Of a stretch of DNA of 64,000 bases, positions 35,412 through 47,730 are shown in pieces. The stretch lies in contig NC_052163.1 of the NCBI RefSeq assembly GCF_902713615.1, positions 44,750,878 to 44,814,877 of the forward strand, written 5' to 3'. Below the pieces are notes generated by a model. It made no database searches. It was not told the origin of the DNA and worked only from the letters and a program-made list of their open reading frames with translations. Source of the DNA: Scyliorhinus canicula (Eukaryota). Position numbers and translations under genes: made by a program. The stretch's first letter is position 1; each line of letters begins with the position of its first letter.

Positions 35412-36893
35412 GGGCGGGATTCTCCGGCATCCGGCGGGCGGGCCGTACCGGCGCTGAAGAGTGAAGTGACCCACTCCGGCGTCGGGCCGCACCGGAAGGT
35501 GTGGAATCCTCCGCACCTTCGGGGGTGAGGCCGGTGCTGGAGTGATTGGCGCCGCGCCAACCGGTACCAGAGGGCATCTGAAGGCCGGCGCCAGCGTGTT
35601 CCCAGAACCGCTGGCGTGATTCCTTTTTTAAAAAAATAATATCTATTCAAATTTTTGCATCATATCAACAACAAAAAGACAGAATTTTTTTTTTTACAAA
35701 GAACGGAAAGAACAGTCCCCCCCACCGCGCATACACAGCGGAAGAGATAAACTAACACCCATCATTCCCCCAAAACATCTGCCCGTCCCTTCAATAGACA
35801 GGACAGAAACCGCCCCCCCCCCCCCCCCCCCCCCGCGTATACACAGAGGAGGAAATTAATTAATGCCCGACATTGGCACAGAACAACTATGCCCATCCCT
35901 TTAGTGCAAAACAACAAAACATCCCCCCCTCCCTCCCTCCCCCCCCCTCCACCCCCTCCCTCCCCCCCGCCCCCAAAGGGGGGGGAAGGGGGGAGGGAGG
36001 GGGAGGTGGGGGAGGGGGGAGAGGGAGGGGGGAGGGGGGGGAGGGAGGGAGGGGGGGAGGGAGGGAGGGGGGGATGTTTTGTTGTTTTGCAATAAAGGGA
36101 CGGGCATAGTTGTTCTGGACATGCCCAGAACATATGGGCATGATTTGCTGGGCTCCCAGAGCACCTAATACACCTGTCCTCACTCCCAAAGAACCAGCTC
36201 ATCCTTGTCCCGGTCATGTGAGCCCTGTGCAGCACATTACATTCTATGAGGCCAAGCCTCGCACAAGAAGAGGAGTTCACCCTCCCCAGGGCGTCTGCCC
36301 ACGTCCCCTCCTCAATCTCCTCACCCAGCTCCTCCTCCCATTTACCCTTCAACTCCTCAATCGAGGCCTCGTCCATCTCCTGCATCACTTGGTACGCCAC
36401 CGAGATCCTCCCCTCCCACGCTGGCGCGATTCCTGCGCATGCGCGGTGGGTTTCCTCTCCGCGCCGGCCATGGAGGAGCTTTACTGTGGCTGGCACGGAG
36501 GGAAAGAGTGCACCCATGGCACAGGCCCACCCGCAGGTCAGTGGGCCCCGATCGCGGGCCAGGCAACCGTGTCCCCGGGGCCAGTTCCCCCTGCCCCCCC
36601 CCCCCCACCCCCGAGGACTCCGCAGGCTGCACGCAGAGCCAGGCCCCGCTAGTAAGAACCATGTGTCATTTATGTCAGAGGGCCAAGTCGAAAACGGGCG
36701 GCCCCTCGGCCCATCGCGGAGTGGAGAATCAGCGGGGAGGGGGGGCACTGCCAACGGCCCCCGACCGGCGCGACACGATTCCCGCCCCCGCCAAAACACC
36801 GGTGCCGGAGAATTCGGCAGCCGTTGTCGGGGCAGGATTCACATCGTCCCCCAGCGATTCTCCGGCCCGGTGGGGAGTCAGAGAATCCTGCCC
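35412..36893. mobile_element. GC-rich Harbinger-type MITE interrupted by an L1 fragment
   Basis: TIR GGGCGGGATTCTC / GAGAATCCTGCCC; TSD CAT (35409-35411, 36894-36896). Confidence 0.88.
35625..36418 (-). mobile_element. 5'-truncated L1-clade LINE with internal inverted duplication
   Basis: 16-bp TSD CGCTGGCG(T/C)GATTCCT (35609-35624, 36419-36434); ORF2 C-terminus KWEEELG..CARL..HRAHMT..CIRC....ANHAHMFWACP; A-tail at 35625. Confidence 0.92.
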
Positions 36894-37365
36894 CATGTGT
36901 CCATTCCTCAAAGGAGAGCAGCTGTGCCTGCGTCTGAGTCCCACAGATCCACTATCTGCAAGCCGTTCATAGCTTTCAAGGAGTAGTCTGTGATTTACAG
37001 CTCATAAAAACCATCTGAAGCTTTGATCCATTCAAATCCTTTCACGCTTCAGTGGCCTAAGTGTTTGTAAGCATTGACAACCTCAAAGAGAAGTAAATGC
37101 AGTGAAATCACATGCTTGAGTGATTGGAATGCATTTAGTGCGCTTACATCTCTTTGATAGGGTTGATATTTACAAGCATCCGGGGATCTCCTGAAAGCCG
37201 GGGTGGTGTGCTGAAAGAAGAATCTAGAGATTGGGGCAGCTTCCAAAATGGCGCCCTGACCTGCGCGGAGACAGTTCTGCTGCCGAGCTGGGTTTGCCGG
37301 TGCAGGATGGCTGCCTAAGTGCACCCTCAAGGGGAGGAAACTCCCCAAGGCCAAAAAAAGACAAA

Positions 37366-37991
37366 GGGCGAGCCCACACCGGGCCAGAGAATCGCTGGGC
37401 CCGGGACGAATCGCACGACGACGCCCCGACGCCGGTCCGCCGATTGTCCGGTGAGCGGAGAATCGCTGCTATTGGTGCCAGCATGGTTGGCACGGTGCCG
37501 GTCTACGCAGTCCGCCTGAGTCCTGCCGGTGCCATCCTCATGTGGTCTTACCTAGCGGGACCTTGGTGTGCATCCTTTTGGGGGTGGCCTGGTGGGGTGG
37601 GAGGGGGGAGTCTGACCCCGTGGGGGGCCTCCGCTGTGGCCTAGCCTGTGATCAGGGCCTACCGATCGGCAGGCCGGCCTCTCAGGTTGGGGGCCTCTTT
37701 TGCTCTGCGCCAGCCCTGTAGCCCTACGTCATGTTGCATCGGGGCCAGCGGGAACAAGGAAGCCACTGCACATGTGCGCAACCACGCCGGTCACAGTGTG
37801 CACGTGCAGACCCGCAACGCACATTTGACCCCGGTATTGGCAGCTGGAGCGGCGTGGGTCACTCCATTGCCGTGCTGGCCTCCTGTAGGGCTCTGAATAG
37901 CTGCTCCTGGGGGCCTGTTGACCCCGTCGTAAAATGCGACAGTGTTTATGACGGCGTCAACACTTAGCCTCAGGGTCAGAGAATCTTGCCC
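37366..37991. mobile_element. GC-rich Harbinger-type MITE
   Basis: Right TIR GAGAATCTTGCCC, partial left end, AAA on both flanks; reverse-complement relative of 41611-42271. Confidence 0.8.
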
Positions 37992-38673
37992 AAAATGTTG
38001 TTTAATAGTGGAGTAATTCTCTGCACTGCAGCCACCGAAAAACACCCCACCAAACGTGTCTGAAAGTGGACTTTAACTTTTATCATTGAATCGTGCCCTT
38101 GGAGTTCCAACCAAACTCCAGTAACTTTCAGTCAGGAGGAGGATGGAAGGTTTTGGCCAATATATTTTCTTTCAGTGTCTCTGGGTTAGAGAAGTAGAAG
38201 AAATAGTCCTTGATAGTTTTTCAAAGGCCTTTGAAGGAAGATAGCTAAGTGAGGATGCCAAATAAGGACAGGTTCAGCTCAGTTCCAAAGCCCCTCATAT
38301 ATGACTTCAATAATAATCGGAAATCATTTGATACCAGTTATAATCTAAGTAAGGACTTTACAGCTCTCAAATTATCATGAATTCTTCCTGGTTCTCCTTT
38401 CAGGAGAGATTTTCAAGCTCTCCTCACAGAATTAGACAAATTGCAGGCCTTCATTCTGCTTCACATGTACCATGTTATGGTCACTTAGGTAACAGGGAAG
38501 TCAGATCCTGCAGACAAAGTTGGCAGCTTTGGGTCAGTTTACTTATTAAGATTGCACTTAAACATTTGATAAACAATTTACTATTCAACAATGAACTAAT
38601 GAATCACAAATAATCAAGGTTGGATAAATAGCAGTTTAAAAAATCAGTAAGCTTTATGCATTTCTGGAACATT

Positions 38674-38877
38674 GAGTGGGATTTTCTGTCCTCCCAACGG
38701 TGTGCTTCTTGGCGGCGGGAGGTGACCTGTTGTTGGCCGGTGGCCGGGACCGTCTGGTCCCCACTGTTGTCAATGGAATTACCCATTGAATCCATCCCAT
38801 GCCATCGGGACACCCATGGTATGCCATCGGCAAGACCAGACAGTCCCGCCGGAGTGAAGAGCTGGAAGATCCCATCC
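38674..38877. mobile_element. Short Harbinger-type MITE
   Basis: TIRs GAGTGGGATTTTC / GAAGATCCCATCC; TSD ATT. Confidence 0.75.
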
Positions 38878-40152
38878 ATTATGTGACATCTGTGTTTCTG
38901 CCGGGCTCCAGGTGGATTGTGTATTTTCCAGACCTGGCGAATCTTGTGAATTAACAAAGGGTTTAAACCGTTGACTGGATCAATGTGAACATATTCTTCC
39001 CTCCTTGAAGCCGATGTGTAATCACTTCAAGAGTCCATTGATCATGTTGAGCATTACATCATTGAGATATGTGAATGTCATCATTAGTCTTCCAATTTTG
39101 TAATATGGTCTTGTTCTCTACTAAAATACGTAATCCAATAAATACTATTACCTCTAGCGAACAATATAAGAGTAATAAATCTCTAGAATCAATATTCTGG
39201 AATTGTGTGAAATTTTATGATTAGAAATCGTTGGCAGAAACTTAATAACATCCAGCCAAAAATTGCTCACTCCCAGACATTCCTATAAAAGATGAGAAAG
39301 GGTGGTGACAGCATTCACTTCTCCAACAGAAGCTGAATCCCTAAAGGCTCATTGATAATATGCTGCAAGGAGGATAGTAATTCTAAAGTAGCTGCATTGT
39401 AATGGTGCATTTGGAGTTTTCCTTTCTATTACCTTTCTCAATTCTGTTACTCTTGAAATTTATTTCATAATATTAGATAGTCAGAAGGTGAGTTCACTAT
39501 TTTTAGCACTGATGTAACATATTTATATTAACTTCCTCTCTGTGCCATTTTAACACTTATTAACTTTGGTTATTGGTGACTGCAGTAAAAAGCATAGACG
39601 GGGCCATAACAAATAGTGCATGAACCAGTATGCTAAAGATAATGCAGAGGAAATTAAACCCCTCTAAGTTTCGCATGAGTCTTATTCCAAAAGTGGGAAA
39701 TTATAATTGAAGAGTTAACTTTGAGGAGACTAGAGTATACATGTTTCTTTAAAAGTGAATCATTTTGCGCTTTGACTCACACACCTTAGAATCTGGTGGT
39801 GTAATTATATTTCCAAAGGAATTACTCAATCTCTAAATGGGCCGCAAGCATTTTCTTCAGCATTAGTTGTTGTGATCTGGAGTGCAGAGCCTTGATAGGG
39901 TGTTGGAAGCAGATTCAGTCATAACTTTCAGAAAGTCTTTGGGTAAATTCTTTAAGGGGAAAAATGTAGAAGGCTATAAGAAAAAGGTAAGTGAATGGAG
40001 CTAATTGCATAGCTATTTCAAGGAGCCAGCACAGACTTGAGGTGCCAAATGGCCTCATTTCACGATGCTGAATTCAACGATTTTAATGAGTCCAGATCAC
40101 TCGGGGCCTTTACCAAAGCTATTTCATGCAGGTATAACCCAAGCCGGTCGTG

Positions 40153-41435
40153 CCGGGCAGGTCGTCCCTAACTAATTTAGTGGAATTTTTTGAGGACATT
40201 ACCAGTGCGGTTGATAATGGGGAGCCAATGGATGTGGTATATCTGGATTTCCAGAAAGCCTTTGGCAAGGTGCCACACAAAGGTTGCTGCATAAGGTAAA
40301 GATGCATGGCATTAAGGGTAAAGTAGTAGCATGGATAGAGGATTGGTTAATTAATAGAAAGCAAAGAGTGGGGATTAGTGGGTGTTTCTCTGGTTGGCAA
40401 TCAGTAGCTAGTGGTGTCCCTCAGGGATCAGTGTTGGGCCCACAATTGTTCACAATTTACAGAGATGAATTGGAGTTGGGAACCAAGTGCAATGTAGCCA
40501 AGTTTGCAGATGACACTAAGATGAATGGTAAAGCAAAAAGTGCAGAGGATACTGGAAGTCTGCAGAGGGATTTGGATAGGTTAAGTGAATGGGCTAGGGA
40601 CTGGCAGATGGAATACAATGTTGACAAATGTGAGGTTATCCATTTTGGTGGGAATAACAGCAAAAGGGATTATTATTTAAATGATAAAATATTAAAACAT
40701 GCTGCTGTGCAGAGAGACCTGGGTGTGCTAGTGCATGAGTCGCAAAAAGTTGGTTTACAGGTGCAACAGGTGATTAAGAAGGCAAATGGAATTTTGTCCT
40801 TCATTGCTAGAGGGATGGAGTTCAAGACTAGGGAGGTTATGCTGCAATTGTATAAGGTGTTAGTGAGGCCACACCTGGAGTATTGTGTTCAGTTTTGGTC
40901 TCCTTACCTGAGAAAGGATGTAGTGGCGCTGGAGGGTGTGCAGAGGAGATTCACTAGGTTAATCCCAGAGCTGAAGGGGTTGGATTACGAGCAGGGGTTG
41001 AGTAGACTGGGTCTGTACCCGTTGGAATTTAGAAGGATGAGGGGGATCTGACACAAACACATAAAATTATGACGGGAATAGATAGGATAGATGCGGGCAG
41101 GTTGTTTCCACTGGTGGGTGAAAGCAGAACTAGGGGGCATAGCCTCAAAATAAGGGGAAGTAGATTTAGGACTGAGATAAGGAGGAACTTCTTCACCAAA
41201 AGTGTTGTGCATCTATGGAATTCCTTGCCCAGTGAAGCTGTTGAGGCTCCTTAATTAAATGTTTTTAAGATAAAGATAGATAGTTTTTTGAAGAATAAAG
41301 GGATTAAGGGTTATGGTGTTTGGGCCGGAAAGTGGAGCTGAGTCCACAAAAGATCAGCCATGATCTCATTGAATGGCGCAGCAGGGCCGAGCGTCCAGAT
41401 GGCCTACTCCTGCTCCTAGTTCTTATGTTCTTATG
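40153..41435 (+). mobile_element. CR1 (HER1-like) LINE, 5'-truncated, relatively intact RT
   Basis: YLDFQKAF, GVPQGSVLGP, KFADDTK, RPHLEYCVQFWSP (ORF 40284-41051); tail TTCTTATGTTCTTATG. Confidence 0.95.
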
Positions 41436-41610
41436 TAAGCCCACGTGAGGCTGTTTCACCATTGTGAAGCAGCATGGCAAGGATCTTTGACCATTGCAAA
41501 CAACCAATGCAAAACAAAAATACTGCAATTTGATGTTTTATTGCAGGGAGAACATCATTACTCCTGAAGTGTTGTCCCTCAAAAATAGTGTGGCGTTCAT
41601 TGTGAATAAG

Positions 41611-42271
41611 GGGCAGGATTCTCTGATCCTGAGGGTAAGTGTTGATGCCGTCGTAAACGCCATCGCGTTTAACGACGACACCAACAGGCCCAAAGGAGCA
41701 GCGATCCTGAGCGTGACAGGGGGCCAGCATGGCACTGGAATGACTCATACAGCTCCAGCTGTCGATACCGGCATCAAATGGGCGCCATGGATCTGCGCAT
41801 GCACGCTGCGACCAGCGCGAATTTGCGCATGCGCGCTATTTCCGGTCTCCGCGCCGGCCCCGACACCACATGGCATAGAGCGACAGGGTCCCGGCGAGGA
41901 GTAAAAGAGGCCCCACCAGGAGAAGCCGGCCCGCCAATCGATAGGTTCCGCCCAGGATCGGACCCCCCCCCCCCCCCCCCCCACCACCACCAGGCCGCCC
42001 CCCGCAGGGTGAACGCTGAGGTCCCGCTGGGTAGGACCACATGTGAACGGCGCCGGCGGGACTCGGGCTATCTCGGCGGCCACTCGGCCCATCCTGCGTG
42101 GAGAAACGCCGGGGGGCCGCTTGGACCGGCGCCACGCCAACTGCGCCGGCGCGAATGGCGCCGATTCTCCGTTGACCGGAGAATCGGTGGACTGGCGTCG
42201 GGACGGCATTGCGTGAATCGTGTCCGGCCTGGCGATTTTCTGACCCGGCCCGGGGTCAGAGAATCCCGCCA
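41611..42271. mobile_element. GC-rich Harbinger-type MITE
   Basis: TIR GGGCAGGATTCTC / GAGAATCCCGCC(A); TSD AAG (41608-41610, 42272-42274). Confidence 0.88.
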
Positions 42272-42439
42272 AAGTTTTTGGGAAAAGTTTCTTTTGTTAA
42301 GCTTTTCCTTGAATCATGATCTAATTGTTCCACATAACACATGCTCCTTGGCAATTCACATAGCAATGCAGTTTATAAAATGCCAAAGCTTTTGCTACTG
42401 ATTCCATGCAATTTTGAAAACGAAAGCAATGTAGAGTGA

Positions 42440-42795
42440 TAGAATCATACAGCACAGAAACGGAGCTTCAGCCCATTGCATCAGCACAAGTCAAAAACAA
42501 CCACCTAGCCATTCTAATCCCATTTTCCAGCACTTGGCCCAGAGCCTTCTATGCCTTGGGATCACACGTTTACATCTAAATACTTCTTCAATTTTATGAG
42601 GGTCTCTGCCTTCACGACCCTTTCGGGCAGCAAATTCCAGACTCCCACCACAATGGGTAAAAAAGGTTCCCCCTCACATCCCCTCTAAACCTCTTGCCCC
42701 TAACTTTAAATCTTTGCCCCTTGTCATTGACCCCTCCACCAACGGGAAAGGTTTGTTCCTGTCTACTCTATCTGTGCCCCTCATAGTTTTATACA
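42440..42795 (-). mobile_element. Older CR1 3' end
   Basis: Tail at about 42440 and frameshifted RG..FF..VVGVWNLLP remnant on the minus strand. Confidence 0.7.
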
Positions 42796-42949
42796 TCAAA
42801 ATGGTCATGATTCTTAAAAACAGACATCTGTAACATGATCATTCATTCTACTATTTACTAAATTTCACGTTTGCTAAGAATTTATTAAATTGAGCTGTAA
42901 TCCATATGTGCATACATACAGTATATTTATAACACATATATAGTACGTT

Positions 42950-43252
42950 ATAATAATAATCTTTAATATTGTCACAAATAGGCTTACATTAACACTGCAA
43001 TGAAATTACTGTGAAAATTCCCTCGTTGCCACACTCTGGTGCCTGTTGGGGTACACAGAGGAAGAATTCAGAATGTCTAAGTCACCTAACAAGGACGTCT
43101 TTCGGGACGTGTGGGAGGGAGCTGGAGCACCCGGAGGAAACCCACACCAACACAGGGAGAACGTGCAGACTCCGCACAGGCAGTGGCCCAAGCAAGAATT
43201 GAACCTGGGACCCTGGCATTGTGAAGCAACAGTGCTAACCACTGTGCCGCCC
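42950..43252 (-). mobile_element. HE1-type head SINE with a third tail type ending (ATT)n
   Basis: Full V core, then CACAGTAATTTCATTGCAGTGTTAATGTAAGCCTATTTGTGACAAT...AAAGATTATTATTA. Confidence 0.85.
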
Positions 43253-43372
43253 GTTTGGCAATTATTATGCCTGCAATCAGAAAAATTTTGTAAAATTGGA
43301 ACTGACATGTAGTTACTCAGCAATATAATCACCCAACCTGTTCATCACTACATGCTACCTAATTGGGAAGAT

Positions 43373-43561
43373 GGGCTGGATTCTCCAGCTCCAATCACGT
43401 GTTTCTCGGTGGCCCGTCATTCCCTGGTGGCGAGATTCACTAGTCCCGCTGCTTGTCAGTAGGATTTTCCATCAAAGCCACTCCACACAGCCAGGAAACC
43501 TGCAGGTCGGGATGCGCTGCCGGCGGGAAAAGTAGGTCACAACATCCAGAGAATTCCGGCA
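43373..43561. mobile_element. Short Harbinger-type MITE
   Basis: GGGCTGGATTCTCC ... GAGAATTCCGGC. Confidence 0.65.
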
Positions 43562-44485
43562 TTTAGTTTGAAATGTTTCCACCTTAGCCACAGGCAATGA
43601 TAGATTTTTCCGTATTCCTGCAGTGCTCACGGTTCAATAACAATCATGTTTTGCAATGAGAAAGGATGCAGCATTGGGCCATAAAATGCTGTTCCAACAA
43701 CGGGCCATAGGAGCATGTTTAAATTGTAAGGAATCTGAATATACTTCACCCACAACTTGGCTGTACTTGAGGATTGTTTACCGGGAAATACTGGTCAACT
43801 TGTGGCTCTGTCTGTTCAGTCTAAGGTTGTAACTTCATTGCAGTGTTAATGTGAGCCGACTTGTGACAATAAAGATTATTATTATATATTTCTCGAATTA
43901 AAGCTGAACATCACAGCAAATGTTGTTGGCATTAAAGTGCAACACAAAAAGTCTTTTTATTCAAAATTGAGCACTGAATGTGCTTCAGTGCACATGCATC
44001 TCACCTGATTAATAATATTTCAACCACAATTGAATTTGCACGCAAACGCAGTCAAGCAGATTTGCTCTGAATATTGTAGTGAAATATGCATTTTAGTGTT
44101 ATCAATTAAAATCTAATTCATTGTTTCCACACAAGACTGGTTACTGGACTCTAAGCTTATTCTTGCGTTTAAGAAAATAATGTCCATTGCAGGTATTATG
44201 AGATCTTGAGTGAGGGTGGAGCTCTGTGCAAAGCTGTGTGTGGTTGGGGGTCATTAAGTGAGACACTCATGTGTATTATTCTTCATTTCTCACTCTGGTG
44301 ACTTATTATTGGTTTAAATTGTGAGAATAAAGTGAAAATAGAATAACAAATATATCAGTATAATATCTATTGCAGAACAGCAATGCGATTGCCCTGCAAG
44401 GTAAGGGAGATGGCATTAGGACATCAGGGGATAACTGAACCAACAATGTTTACCCACATGAGGTTGAGGACTAATTGCGTATCTT

Positions 44486-44727
44486 TTTTTATTAAAAAAT
44501 TTTTTTTTTTTATAAATTTAGAGTACCCAATCATTTTTCCAATTAAGGGGCAATTTAGCGTGGCCAATCCACCTAGCTTGCACATTTTTGGGTTGTGGGG
44601 GCGAAACCCACGCAGACACGGGGAGAATGTGCAAACTCCACACGGACAGTGACCCAGAGCCGGGATCGAACCTGGGATGTCAGCGCCGTGAGGCGGTTGT
44701 GCTAACCACTAGGCCACCATGCTGCCC
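44486..44727 (-). mobile_element. Short-tail V-SINE, full length
   Basis: 14-bp TSD TAATTGCGTATCTT (44472-44485, 44729-44742). Confidence 0.92.
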
Positions 44728-45269
44728 TTAATTGCGTATCTTGAGGCTTCTCAATTTTGTCTGCTGCCCCCGATTTGAAAGTTGAATAATGAATATTAGT
44801 CAGCAGTGAAGTTTAAAATATACATCCTATTTAAAATAATATAAAATATGTTTGATTCTTCTCTTCCTTGACTTCTTTCTATTCTCTTGATTACATAGCT
44901 TCTCATTGCCCTCCCTCGCACTTCACACAAGCAACATTTTTGAAGACATAATACAAGTTGGAGAGTTTGAGCCAATTGGAGGTTATGGAAGGATAGGTAA
45001 TTAGGGCGGGCTCTCAAGAAGTGAATCTTATGTTAACGCCAACATGGATCAGGGTGTCAGTGGTGGTGGGAAGCAAGGTTTTCATCATGGTGGGGAGCAC
45101 TTGCCTGTGGTCAATGCTCAAAGGTGAAAATGTGCAATCTTAATAATGCTTAGGGTTCTGGGTTTGATGTTCAGGTGACCCAAACAGAACATCAGGGCTG
45201 AATATGACCTGATTCAACCGAAGGAAGAAGAATGCAGTCAGGGTTAATAATGGCATAATAATAATAGAG

Positions 45270-47215
45270 GGCTCACCAATTCTTTCACAAACAGAGCCCT
45301 GAGCAATCCCCATCCACCACTACTCTCCTCCATCTGGCTGAATGTGCTCTCTCACTCAACAATTTCTCCTTTAAAATCTCACTGCCTCCAAACCAAAGAT
45401 GCGGCTAAGGGAACCCGTATGGGTCCCAGTTGTCCCACAACTCTTGCTTGGGTGTGTAGAACACTCCCTGTTCCTGTCCTACTCAGGCCTCATCCCACAA
45501 CTCTTTGATTGGTACATCGACAACTGCTTCGGTGCCACTTCATGTTCCGTCTGGATCTGGATTTTTCATCAATTTTGCTTCCAATTTCTATCCCTCTATC
45601 ACCTTCACATGGTCCATCTCCGACACTTTCCTTCCTTGATCTTTCTGTGGATACATTGCCCGCTAGTACCCATTACAAGTCCACAGCTACCTCGACAACA
45701 GCTCTTCACACCCCACATCCTGTAAGGACTCCATCCCATTCTCCCAGTTCCTTCGCCTCCATTCCATCTGTTCTGATGATGCCACTTTCCAAAATGGTGC
45801 TGCTGACGTGTCTTCACTATTCCATAATCGTGGTTTCCCACCCACTGTGGTTGACATGACTCTCAACCTTGTTTGATCCACCTTCCGCACCTCTGCTCTC
45901 ACCCCTTCCCCCCCTCCCAGAACCAGGATTGGGTTCCTTGTCTTCACTTTTCACCCCACCAGCTTCCGTATTCAAAGAATCATCCACGCCAGTTCCGTCA
46001 TCTCCAGCTTTATGCCACCACCAAACACATTTTTAAAAAAAATTTAGAGTGGCCAATTAATTTTTCCAATTAAGGGGCAATTTGGTGTGTTCAAAGGGCA
46101 GCACGGTGGCGCAGTGGGTCAGCACTGCGGCCTCACGGCGTTGAGGTCCCAGGTTCGATCCCGGCTCTGGGTCACTGTCCATGTGGAATTTGCATATTCT
46201 CCCCGTGTTTGCGTGGGTTTCTCCCTCACAACCCAAAAAATGTGCAAGCTAGATGGATTGGCCATGCTAAATTGCCCCTCAAGTGGAAAAAATGAATTGG
46301 GTACTCTAAATTTTTTTTTTAAATTAGCATGTTCAATCCCTTACCCATCTTTGGGTTGTGGGGGCGAAACCCACGCAAACATGGGGAGCATGTGCAAACT
46401 CCACACGGACAGTGACCCAGAGCCAGGATCGAACCTGGGGCCTCGGCGCCGTGAGACTGCAGTCACTAAACACAGCTTCCCCTCACTCCCTCTCTGAGCA
46501 TTCCACATGGACCATTCCCTCTGGAATACCCCGGTTCACTCCTCCATCACCCCCAACACCTCACACACCTTCCACAGCATATTCCCATGCAATCGCAGAA
46601 GATGTAACACCTGCCCCTTTACCTCCTCCTTACTCACCATCCAGGGGTCTGAACACTCTGCTTCACGTGCACCTCCTTCAGTCTGGTCTATTGCATTCAC
46701 TGCTCCCAATGCAGTGCCCTCTGTATTGGAGAGACTAAAAGCAGACCGGGTGACCGCTTTGCAGAACATCTTCGGTCCGTCCGCAAGCAGGATCCAGAAC
46801 TTTCTGCAACTTGTCATTTCAACTCACCATCCTGCTGTCACGTCCACATGTCCTTGGCTTGCTGCAATATTCCAGTGAAGCACAATGCAAACTGGAGGAA
46901 CAGCATCTCATCTTCTGATTCGGCATGTTACAGCCTTCCAGACTTAACACCGAGTTAAGAACTTCAGACTGTGAACCCTCTCCTCCACCCTCACCCCATT
47001 TTTATTTCTTCAATTTATTTTCATTTCTTCCATTGATCTGTTTATTCCCTCACCACTGACTCACTTCCCCTACACCACCAGGGTTATCTGTTCCCTGCTC
47101 CAAGTTGTCCTTTCACACACTGCTTACCCCTGTTCTGCCATAAGCACATTCTTATCTCTCAATGTGCCACTATCAGCACCCTTTTTAGTCATCATCACCA
47201 CCATCTACATTCCCT
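45270..47215 (+). mobile_element. Decayed Penelope-like element (RT plus GIY-YIG endonuclease) split by nested SINEs
   Basis: WYIDNCFG (YIDD-type motif), HPTSCKDSIPFSQFLRLHSICS, CNRRRCNTCP, YCIHCSQC..CIGETK...RFAEHL..HFNS. Confidence 0.88.
46031..46462 (-). mobile_element. Short-tail V-SINE (-) containing a full short-tail V-SINE (+, 46096-46323)
   Basis: Inner TSD remnant TTGGTGTGTTCAA / TTAGCATGTTCAA; outer TSD CAC(C/T)AAACACA. Confidence 0.85.
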
Positions 47216-47499
47216 TTGTGGCATTGTCAGGGTGCCCAGGTGGCAGTGCCAAGGTACGAGACTGTGAAGGTGTCCAACTGCCAGGGGGAATATTAGGGTG
47301 CTAATGGATCATTTAAATACGCACGTCTAGATCTCGCCCAGCGGGAGCGAGATCCAGATCGTGACACACAGCAAGATTCTGTTGAATCTCCTGAGATGTT
47401 TCGAGCACTGCAAACCTCGCGAGAGGCCTCTCATGAGTTTCAATGCCCTCGTCCGACACCAAGACGGGGGCGTCGAGGCGACTGAATCGTGCCCAGAAC

Positions 47500-47730
47500 C
47501 TGATATTACACGGGAACAAACTGCAAAGAGAAATGGTTGATGCCTGGAACAAGTAGGGGAGTAACTAGCTACAAGTGCTCTTTGGAAGATGAGCCGTGAT
47601 GGGAAGTTGATGGAGGAGGATGGAATGGTCAACTGTGTCAAACGCTAATTTAAAAGTGAACAAATGGTATCCCCTGTGATTATGACCATAGTAACTTTCC
47701 CCAGCCTTGTGATCACTGAGTTGCATGGCA
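47500..47730 (-). mobile_element. Decayed L2 RT fragment
   Basis: AFDTVDHSILL motif in ORF 47565-47837. Confidence 0.65.

Larger units (their letters stand above)
34869..38098. mobile_element. Large Harbinger-type non-autonomous element hosting nested insertions
   Basis: Left end GGGCTGGATTCTCC, right end GAATCGTGCCC, flanks TTA/TTG; ~30-bp tandem repeats at about 35130-35250. Confidence 0.5.

Noticed and set aside
35762-36986. Long ORFs of 345 and 246 aa
   Set aside because: Chance read-through of GC-rich MITE, L1 fragment and low-complexity sequence; only the L1 C-terminal part is real coding remnant
38404-38488. 85-bp AG/GT-bounded candidate exon
   Set aside because: Weak donor (GTAACA), non-triplet length, no recognisable product
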